From: Candidatus Eiseniibacteriota bacterium
GTDB lineage: Bacteria; Eisenbacteria; RBG-16-71-46
NCBI GenBank assembly: GCA_044222065.1
Contig: JBGAOA010000049.1
Coordinates: 1 to 31,848, forward strand
Length of the DNA stretch: 31,848 nucleotides
Direction: 5' to 3'
Shown here: piece after piece, positions 18,164 through 25,267 of the stretch
Layout of the letters: every line of letters starts with the position of its first letter
How positions within the stretch are numbered: the first letter of the stretch is position 1
Notes under the pieces: generated by a model
Databases searched by the model: none
The model's input: the letters and a program-made list of their open reading frames with translations, nothing else
Told to the model about the DNA's origin: nothing
Translations under genes and position numbers: made by a program

Positions 18164-18931
18164 ATGGGCGTGAACCCGGTTTCCCCGTTCTCGATCCTGA
18201 TCGCGCAGCAGTCGTGGTGGGCATCCCGTTCCGCGTTGCTCGTCGCGGGTCGGGCGCCGGAGCAGACGACCGAAGATCCCGGCTCGAGCGGCACGGGCGC
18301 ATCCGCCGCCCTCCCCACGCCGCCGCCGCAGCCCCCGGCTCCGGCGCCGGTCGAGGACGAAACCTCGAGCACCGAAGTGGACGTGCGCCTGCGCTCGCGC
18401 ATCACGCGCACCGACGCGCAGCTCCAGATCGTGACCGACGAGGGCGACACGGTGACGCTCTCGCTCCACGCCGAGACCGAGGCGACGCGCGGCCGCATCG
18501 TCGTCGCGACCGAAGGCGAGGACGGCACGCACGGCGCCGTGCTCAAGTTCCGCGAGTACTCGGTGTCCGCGAACGTCACGATGGCGGTCGAGGGCGACCT
18601 CAACGAGCAGGAGCTCGCCGACATCGAGAAGCTCGTCGCGAACCTGCAGGGCCTGCTCGGACCGGGCGAGGGCCGCGGGCATCATCACGAGCGCGAGCAC
18701 GGCGACCGCGCGGTGCAGGCGACGTCGGACCTGCTCGCGAGCGGCGACTACGCGTCGCTCGACGGCTTCACGATGAGCGTCACGCGCGAGGTCTCGATGA
18801 CGCGCATCCACCTGCGCGCGCAGTCCACCGAGGCGTGGCAGATGCTGCTCGGCGGAGCGAGCCCGAAGGGCGTCGCGGTCCCCGTGCCCGCGCGCGAAGT
18901 CTCCACGACGCCGGACGGCCTCGCGGCATAA
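18164..18931 (+). CDS. Hypothetical protein with TDEGDTVTLS and VEGDLNEQELADI motifs
   Basis: Strong GGAGGTGA RBS then ATG 18164, typical codon bias and flanking terminators. No Sec signal peptide. Confidence 0.8.
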   Translation: MGVNPVSPFSILIAQQSWWASRSALLVAGRAPEQTTEDPGSSGTGASAALPTPPPQPPAPAPVEDETSSTEVDVRLRSRITRTDAQLQIVTDEGDTVTLSLHAETEATRGRIVVATEGEDGTHGAVLKFREYSVSANVTMAVEGDLNEQELADIEKLVANLQGLLGPGEGRGHHHEREHGDRAVQATSDLLASGDYASLDGFTMSVTREVSMTRIHLRAQSTEAWQMLLGGASPKGVAVPVPAREVSTTPDGLAA

Positions 18932-18958
18932 GCGCGCGGACCGATCCGAACCGAAACG

Positions 18959-18990
18959 CGACGGCCGCCCGGAGGTCCGGGCGGCCGTCG
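18959..18990. terminator. Hairpin terminator between convergent genes
   Basis: CGACGGCCGCCCGG-AGGT-CCGGGCGGCCGTCG, a 14-bp stem followed by TTGTTC. Confidence 0.75.
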
Positions 18991-19003
18991 TTGTTCGGCG
19001 CGG

Positions 19004-19300
19004 CTAGGCGACGCGCGCGTTCGAGTGCGGTTTGCGGCGCACGAGCCACCAGATCCCGAGGCCGATCAGCACGAACGGCAGGAGCGGCGTGAGCGCGAGC
19101 ACCAGCGCACCGAGCCCCACGAACACGGCGCCGACGAGCAGGAACGGGAGCGCGACGAGGAAGCCGATGCCCTTCGCGAGCAGTCCGAGCAGTCGGAAGG
19201 GCAGCGTGAGCAGCCCGAACACCAGGCCTCCGATCCCGACCATCAGCGCGACGAACAGCCCCGCGAACATCACGAGCCCACCCACCATCAGACCGATCAC
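19004..19300 (-). CDS. Small hydrophobic membrane protein
   Basis: 98 aa, almost entirely hydrophobic with a basic C-terminal tail (WWLVRRK). A purine-rich GGAAAGAGG precedes the GTG. Confidence 0.75.
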   Translation of the reverse strand: MIGLMVGGLVMFAGLFVALMVGIGGLVFGLLTLPFRLLGLLAKGIGFLVALPFLLVGAVFVGLGALVLALTPLLPFVLIGLGIWWLVRRKPHSNARVA

Positions 19301-19508
19301 GAGCCTCTTTCCCCCCGGCGTGCGCCCCGATCGCGGGCCCGCGAGTGTCGCGGTCGGCGGATCGAGCGGCGATGCGTGGCCGAGGATACGACGCTTTTCC
19401 GCGCGGTGTTGCGGCGGCCGGGCGCTCGCCCGCCGCCCGCGGCCCGGCTAGAGTGCCGCGCGACGGACTTTCCGCCCCGACACCCGAATCCCCGTGGAGA
19501 CGACGGTC

Positions 19509-19742
19509 ATGCCGAACACCCGTATCACCGTGATGCCCAACGGCTCGCTGCGCGTCGAGGGCGAGTTCGAAATCGTGGACGCCGAAGGCCGGGCCTACGG
19601 GCTCTCGGGCCGAACGCGCGTGTCGCTGTGCCGCTGCGGGCAGTCCGGGAACAGGCCGTTCTGCGACGGCACGCACAAGACGTGCGGATTCGAGGCGCCG
19701 TCGGCCGCCTTCGACCTGCCGGCGCCGAAGCCGGCCCCCTGA
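19509..19742 (+). CDS. CDGSH iron-sulfur domain protein
   Basis: SLCRCGQSGNRPFCDGTH is the CDGSH 2Fe-2S motif, preceded by ITVMPNGSLRVEG. GGAGA RBS. Confidence 0.93.
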   Translation: MPNTRITVMPNGSLRVEGEFEIVDAEGRAYGLSGRTRVSLCRCGQSGNRPFCDGTHKTCGFEAPSAAFDLPAPKPAP

Positions 19743-19765
19743 GGCGCGCGTCCGAGCGCGGACCC

Positions 19766-20595
19766 GTGCCGATCCGACCGCGAAGCTGGGTCATCGCGAT
19801 CGCCCTGATCGCCGCCGCCGCCGTGTGCGTGCGGCTCGGCGTCTGGCAGTTGTCGCGGCTCGCGGCGAAGCGGGCGGCGAACGCCGCGACCGCGCGCACG
19901 CTCGCCGCCGCGCCCGAGACGCTCGGCGCCGCGCGGCGCTCGCAGCCGAGATCGCGCGCGGCGAGCGCAAGCACGCCGAGGACGCCGAGCGCGCGGGCCG
20001 CACCGCGACGAACGAGCCCGGGACCGGCGCGTGCGTGTTCGAGGGGCGGAGGATCGCGCTCTACGGCGCGTTCGATTCGAGGCGCCACGTGCTGCTGCGC
20101 ATGCGCGTGCGCGACGAGCGGCCGGGCGTCGCCGTCGTCACGCCGCTCGTGCTCGCGGGCGACTCGCTGCGGCTGCTCGTCCAGCGGGGCTGGCTGCCGT
20201 CCGACGACGGCGTGTTCGCGCGGCCTCAGGACTTTCCCGAGCGGGAGCCGCGCTGGGTGTCGGGCGTGATCGAGCCGCTCGTGCGCTCGAGCGCCGCGGG
20301 CTGGCACGCGCTCGAGAGCGACTCGCTGCGCCTCTGGTCGTCGCGGTCGCTGGATCCCGATTCGATCGCGCGCGCGCTGCCCGACGTCGTGCCGGACCTG
20401 GTTCTGCGCGAGCTGCCGGGGCCCGGCGTGCCCGATGCGCCGCGCCGCGAGCCGCCGGCGCGGCTCGACGAGAACGAGCACCTGAGCTACGCCCTCCAGT
20501 GGTTCTCGTTCGCCGCGATCCTCGTGCTCGGCACGATCGCGGTGCTCGTCCGCGAGGCGCGCGCGGCGCCCCGTCCGGACTCCGCCGCGCGCTGA
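19766..20595 (+). CDS. SURF1 family protein (heme-copper oxidase assembly); frameshift near 19934
   Basis: N-terminal RLGVWQLSR..K lies in the 19025 frame. GVAVVTPL, LLVQRGWLP and HLSYALQWFSFA lie in the 19825 frame. Adding one base rejoins them. Confidence 0.85.
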
Positions 20596-20608
20596 GCGCT
20601 CCGGACGG

Positions 20609-20662
20609 CGCCATTCGCCGGCCGCCCGGCGCCGTTCGCCGGTCGCAGGCCGCCACTCGCCG
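20609..20662 (+). promoter_or_regulatory. Triple direct repeat, putative LytTR regulator binding site
   Basis: CGCCATTCGCCG (20609), CGCCGTTCGCCG (20630) and CGCCACTCGCCG (20651) at an exact 21-bp period, upstream of the operon that encodes a LytTR regulator. Confidence 0.8.
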
Positions 20663-20750
20663 ATTCCCCCGGGCGCAGGCGGCGGAACGTCCGTAACTTC
20701 CCTACGTGAGAGGCGCGACACGGGTCGCGCGAAGCGAAAGGAGGGTTCGA

Positions 20751-21149
20751 ATGGGCCGTCGTCGGGACAGCGAGCGTCAGGAAGGGATCGTCTTCGGGCT
20801 CATCCTGGTCGCGCTCGGCGCCGTCTTCCTGCTCGATCGCTTCGACGTCGTCGAGGCGCACGATCTGTGGCACTGGTGGCCGCTGCTCCTCACCGCCCAC
20901 GGTCTCAGCAAGATCCTCGGCTGGCGTTCGGCCGACCGCGTCGGGAGCGGCGTCACCGAGGTGCTGTTCTCGGGCTGGTTCCTCGTCTCGAACGAGGGCT
21001 GGTGGGGCTTCAGCTGGGTCAACTCGTGGCCGCTCGTGTTCGTCGCGATCGGGCTCGGCATGGTCGTGCGCTCCGCGCTCGGCCCCGCGTTCGACCGCCG
21101 CTCCGAAGCCGAGGTCGTCTCGGACGGCGGCGGGGGAGGCGCATCGTGA
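20751..21149 (+). CDS. LiaF/LiaI-like transmembrane protein (DUF5668-like)
   Basis: AAGGAGG RBS then ATG 20751. Repeated GLILVALGAVFLL...WWPLLL / SWPLVFVAIG motifs. Confidence 0.8.
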   Translation: MGRRRDSERQEGIVFGLILVALGAVFLLDRFDVVEAHDLWHWWPLLLTAHGLSKILGWRSADRVGSGVTEVLFSGWFLVSNEGWWGFSWVNSWPLVFVAIGLGMVVRSALGPAFDRRSEAEVVSDGGGGGAS

Positions 21150-21433
21150 TGCGGCTCCGCCCCGCCTCGGTCGCGCGGCTCGCGCTCGAGCTGGCGCTCG
21201 CCACCTTCACGCTGTGGCTCGTGGTGCAGAACGCCGCGCTGCTGCTGTACGGTGCGCCCGGTTCGCCGCGCGCGTTCGTGCTGCTCGGCGCGCTGCTCAA
21301 GGCGCTCGTCACCGTCCTCGGCGCCGTCTGGCCGTGGAGTCTCGTCGCCCTCGCGCTCGTCGGCGCGCCCGTCGCGGCGCTGCTCGCGCGGCTGTTCGAG
21401 GATCGCGAAGAACGGAGGGCCCATCATGCTTGA
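21146..21433 (+). CDS. Small membrane protein (2-3 TM)
   Basis: GGAGG RBS and GTGA overlap with the upstream stop. Hydrophobic. Overlaps the next start codon, consistent with translational coupling. Confidence 0.7.
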   Translation: MMRLRPASVARLALELALATFTLWLVVQNAALLLYGAPGSPRAFVLLGALLKALVTVLGAVWPWSLVALALVGAPVAALLARLFEDREERRAHHA

Positions 21434-22310
21434 GAATCGCCGCGCCTGGTCGGGCCGCATGTTCATCGGGCTCGTCTTCGTTCTGTGCGGAGCGCTGTGG
21501 ACGCTCGACAACCTCGACCTCGTCGAGTCGGGCGCCGTGCTGCGCTGGTGGCCGCTCGCGATCGTCATCTTCGGCGTGCTGCAGATGGTCGGCGGTTTCG
21601 GCCCGCGCAGGCCGCTCGCGGGCTCCATCTGGACCGCGATCGGGCTGCTGCTGCTCAGCGAGAGCCTCGATCTCGTCGGCTTCTCGCTCTGGAGCCTGTG
21701 GCCGCTGTGGCTGATCTTCGTCGGCGGCCTGATCATGTACCGCTCGTACGTGGGGCCGAGGCCGGTGAGCGGACGCGGAGTCACGGGCATGTCCCCGACG
21801 GAGCCGTCCGCGACCGGCGGGAGCGCCCCCGTCACCGACGACGACGACGTGCTCTCGTGCTTCGCGGTCTGGGCGGGCGTGCAGCGCCGCTCCACTTCGC
21901 GCGCGTTCCGCGGCGGCGACGCGACCGCGATCATGGGCGGCATCGAGCTGGACCTGCGCGACGCCGTGCCGGTGCCGGAGGGCGCGGTGCTCGAACTGAC
22001 GGCCGTGATGGGCGGCGTGGACGTCACCGTGCCGCACGACTGGAAGATCATCAACGAGGTGAGCGCCATCATGGGCGGCATCGAGGACAACCGCAGCGGC
22101 CACGGCCGCAGCCCGGACCGCATCCTGTACCTGCGCGGCTTCGCGATGATGGGCGGCATCGAGATCAAGGATTCGCTCAAGGGCGCCAAGTCCGACGACG
22201 ACGACGAGGACGAGCCGCGCGCCCGCCGCACGAGCGGCTTCTACGGCGCGAAGGCCGGGGGCGTGACCGCGGGCGCGATCGTCCAGGAGAAGCGGGAGAA
22301 GGACGCCTAG
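21426..22310 (+). CDS. LiaF-like cell-envelope stress protein (TM domain + DUF2154/toast-rack-like C-terminus)
   Basis: WWPLAIVIFG and LWPLWLIFVG TM motifs. C-terminal repeats AIMGGIELDLR, AVMGGVDVTVP, AIMGGIED and AMMGGIEI. Confidence 0.85.
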   Translation: MLENRRAWSGRMFIGLVFVLCGALWTLDNLDLVESGAVLRWWPLAIVIFGVLQMVGGFGPRRPLAGSIWTAIGLLLLSESLDLVGFSLWSLWPLWLIFVGGLIMYRSYVGPRPVSGRGVTGMSPTEPSATGGSAPVTDDDDVLSCFAVWAGVQRRSTSRAFRGGDATAIMGGIELDLRDAVPVPEGAVLELTAVMGGVDVTVPHDWKIINEVSAIMGGIEDNRSGHGRSPDRILYLRGFAMMGGIEIKDSLKGAKSDDDDEDEPRARRTSGFYGAKAGGVTAGAIVQEKREKDA

Positions 22311-22313
22311 GCC

Positions 22314-23402
22314 GTGCACCCGCTGCTCACGCGCCGCCTCGCGCTCGCGCTGTTCCTCGCCGCGTCGCTCGCGGCCGGCGTCCCGCTCGCCGTCGTGCTG
22401 CGGGCGGTGGACGTCCGGCCGTGGAGCGAGGCGCTCGCGTTCGCGCTGCCGCTCACCGTCGTGTTCGGCTTCGTGACGCTCTCGGCCTGGTGGGTGTGCC
22501 GCTCGAACCCGCTCACGGGCCGCGAACCCGCCCGCGCGCTCACCGCGCAGCTCGGCGCGGCGCTCCAGTCCGCCGCGATCCTGACCGCCCTCGGCACCGT
22601 GTGGGGCGTGTTCCTGTCGGTGCGCTTCGGCTTCGGGCCGGACCGCGCGGGACTGCTGCGCGACGCCGCGCTGCTGTTCGTCGTCGGCATCCCGCTCTAC
22701 CTGCTGTCGGCGGTGCTGCACTACTTCTACCTGGCGTTCGAGGCCTCGCGCGAGGCCGAGCGGCGCGCGCTCGAATCGCTGGTCGTCGCGCGCGACGCCG
22801 AACTGCGCGCGCTGCGCGCCCAGCTCCACCCGCACTTCCTGTTCAACAGCCTCAATTCGATCAGCTCGCTCGTGACGCGCGACCCCGAGGGCGCGCGCTC
22901 GATGTGCGAACGCCTCGGCGACTTCTTCCGGCGCACGCTCCAGCTCGCCGCGCGCGACTCCGTGCCGCTCGCGGACGAACTCGCGCTCGTCGAGCGCTAC
23001 CTGTCCATCGAGCGCGTGCGCTTCGGCGAGCGGCTCGGATTCGACGTCGTCGTCGAGCCCGGCGCCGAGCGCTGCCTCGTCCCGCCGCTGCTCCTGCAGC
23101 CGCTCGTCGAGAACGCCGTGAAGCATGGCGTGTCCGAGCGCCTCGAGGGCGGCGTCATCGCGATCCACGCGCGCCGCGAGGACGACCGGCTCTCGCTCCG
23201 CGTCGTCAATCCGTGCGAGGATGAGCCCGGTCACCGCGCGGGCGAGGGCGTCGGGCTCGAGAACGTCCGCCGCCGCATGCGCGCGCTCGACCCGAAGGGC
23301 GCGCGGCTCGACGCCCGGCACGAGGGGGAGGACTTCATCGTGGACCTGGAACTGCCCGCGCTCGACGCGGACGCCGCGCCAGCGGCGGGGGCGGCGCGAT
23401 GA
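22314..23402 (+). CDS. LytS/YehU-type sensor histidine kinase
   Basis: About four TM segments. H-box LRAQLHPHFLFNSLNSI, N-box LQPLVENAVKHG and G-box GVGLENVRRR. Confidence 0.93.
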   Translation: MHPLLTRRLALALFLAASLAAGVPLAVVLRAVDVRPWSEALAFALPLTVVFGFVTLSAWWVCRSNPLTGREPARALTAQLGAALQSAAILTALGTVWGVFLSVRFGFGPDRAGLLRDAALLFVVGIPLYLLSAVLHYFYLAFEASREAERRALESLVVARDAELRALRAQLHPHFLFNSLNSISSLVTRDPEGARSMCERLGDFFRRTLQLAARDSVPLADELALVERYLSIERVRFGERLGFDVVVEPGAERCLVPPLLLQPLVENAVKHGVSERLEGGVIAIHARREDDRLSLRVVNPCEDEPGHRAGEGVGLENVRRRMRALDPKGARLDARHEGEDFIVDLELPALDADAAPAAGAAR

Positions 23403-24252
23403 CGACCGGCGATACGCTGCGCGTCGTCGTCGTGGACGACGAGGCGCCGGCGCGCGCACTCATGCAGGAGTACCTCGGCGCGCACGGCGATGTGCGCGTC
23501 GTGGGCGAGTGCGCGAACGGCTTCGAAGCCGTGAAGCGGATCGGCGAACTCGCGCCCGACCTCGTGTTCCTCGACGTGCAGATGCCGAAGCTCGACGGCT
23601 TCGAAGTGCTGGAGCTGCTCGAACCCGGACCGATGGTGATCTTCGCGACCGCGTTCGACGAGCACGCGCTGCGCGCGTTCGAGGTCCACGCCGTGGACTA
23701 CCTGCTCAAGCCGTTCGGCCGCGAGCGGCTCGCCGAGGCGCTCGAGCGCGCGCGCGAGCGACGCCGGGTGCGCTGCGGCCGCCGCCGCACCCCGCGCCCG
23801 CGCCGCCGCCGGCGCCCTCCGACGACGAGCCGGCCGACGCGGCGCCCGCGCGCGCCGAGGGCCCGCCGCGGCCCGCGGATGCCCCGATGGCCGCGCGGCT
23901 CGCGACGAGCGCTCGCCCCGAGGGGCGCTACCTCGAGCGCCTGCTCGTCAAGGACGGCGCGAACGTGCACGTCATCCCGCTCGAGCGGCTCGACTTCCTC
24001 GAAGCTCAGGACGACTACGTCGCGATCCACGCCGAAGGGAAGTCGTACTTGAAGACGCAGCCGCTCGCCGACCTCGCCGCCGGACTCCCGCCGACGCGGT
24101 TCGTGCGCGTGCACCGCTCGTTCGTCGTCAATCTCGAACGCATCGCGCGCATCGAGCTGTACGCGAAGGACAGCCGCATCGTGATCCTCAAGGACGCGCG
24201 CGAGATTCCCGTGAGCCGGAGCGGTTATGCGCTGCTCAAGCAGCTCATGTAG
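23399..24252 (+). CDS. LytTR family response regulator; frameshift at ~23767
   Basis: Receiver domain (VDDE, FLDVQMP, FATAFD, DYLLKP) lies in the 23399 frame. LytTR domain (EAQDDYV, FVRVHRSFVVN, PVSRS) lies in the 23125 frame. One extra G in GGG 23766-23768 would restore the frame. Confidence 0.9.
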
Positions 24253-24862
24253 CCGGGCCGCCGCGGCGCTTCGCGGCGCCCTCGCGAGCGTCGTGCTGGT
24301 CGCGGCCGTCGCGTGTTCCGCCGCTTGCGCGGACCCCCGCGAGTTCGCCGCGAAGCGCGACGGCTCGTTCCTGCGCGCGGCCGACGAGCCGGCCGCGGGC
24401 GCTTCTGCACCGCGGGCGCTCACGGCCGACGACGTGCTGCGCCCCACCGCGCAGATCTGGCTCGGCGAGCTGACGCAGGTGGGCGTCGGAGGCGCGACCG
24501 CCTTCCTGATCTTCCTCGGCAGCAACTGCATGGACAACGACTGCGAGCACCTGTGGCCTTCGAGCGCGCTCGTGGGCACGCTCGTGAGCGCCGCCGTCGT
24601 GACGGGCATCGGGAATTCGCGCACGGAGCGACGGGCTCCCTACGGGGCCGTGCTGCTCGGCGGCGCCGCGACCGCGGCGGCGGTCGGGCTCGCGGGCGCC
24701 GGCTCGGACGACGACGACACGCGCGCCGGCTACTGGATCGCGGGCGCGATCGCCGCGCCCGTGGCGGAGACGATCGTGTTCCACGCGCTCCGGCGCGCGC
24801 GCTCGAGCGCCGCGGCGGACCGCCCGCGGCTCGCGAGCGGCCCGCCGCGCTTCGTGCCCTAG
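24227..24862 (+). CDS. Hypothetical membrane protein (start uncertain; GTG 24293 is an alternative)
   Basis: Signal-like N-terminus, several Gly/Ala-rich hydrophobic helices and a CMDNDC loop. Its TAG stop is part of the left end of the repeat element. Confidence 0.55.
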   Translation: MRCSSSSCSRAAAALRGALASVVLVAAVACSAACADPREFAAKRDGSFLRAADEPAAGASAPRALTADDVLRPTAQIWLGELTQVGVGGATAFLIFLGSNCMDNDCEHLWPSSALVGTLVSAAVVTGIGNSRTERRAPYGAVLLGGAATAAAVGLAGAGSDDDDTRAGYWIAGAIAAPVAETIVFHALRRARSSAAADRPRLASGPPRFVP

Positions 24863-24985
24863 GCTCCGTTCGAAAACCCGATTGCGGCGTTGACTCGGTC
24901 GTTCGTCACTGCGGAGTATCCTGCGGATACACCTCGTTCCTCACTCCCTCGCCGCCTTGCACTCGGGTTTTCAAACGGAGCCTGG
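24859..24985. repeat. Intergenic inverted-repeat element copy 2
   Basis: CTAGGCTCCGTTCGAAAACCCGATTGC (24859-24885) and GCACTCGGGTTTTCAAACGGAGCCTGG (24959-24985) are complementary at 24/27 positions. Core CTGCGGAGTATCCTGCGGATACACCTC is shared with 6446-6591. Confidence 0.82.
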
Positions 24986-25096
24986 TTCGCGACGACGGCC
25001 CGTCGCGGCGCGGATTCCGGACCCCGCGAAGGGACCGGGAGCCCCCTCGACGCTCAGCGCGGGTCGGGGCCTGCCGATACTCCGTCCGAAGCGCGT

Positions 25097-25126
25097 TTGG
25101 GAACGCCCGCGATGCGGGCGTAGACT
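25097..25126 (+). promoter_or_regulatory. Putative acnA promoter with a palindrome in the spacer
   Basis: TTGGGA-N18-TAGACT. ACGCCCGC-GAT-GCGGGCGT (25103-25121) is a perfect 8-bp inverted repeat. Confidence 0.4.
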
Positions 25127-25267
25127 GCGCGCCGTCCGGATCGGACCCGCACCTCGCTCGAGCCCAACTCCGAGCCGTGCGCACGACAGCCGACCGACGG
25201 GGACCCTGTGAGTCCCCGCCTCTTCAACCGGGGGACCTGTGCGCCCCCCAAGAAAGGAAGGACCGCC

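Noticed and set aside
20609..20662. Repeats as a mini-CRISPR array
   Set aside because: 12-bp imperfect repeats with 9-bp spacers are far too short, no cas genes are present, and the period fits a LytTR site.
24986..25090. GC-rich hairpins between element copy 2 and the acnA promoter as a riboswitch
   Set aside because: No conserved riboswitch signature was recognised, and the region lies upstream of the putative promoter.
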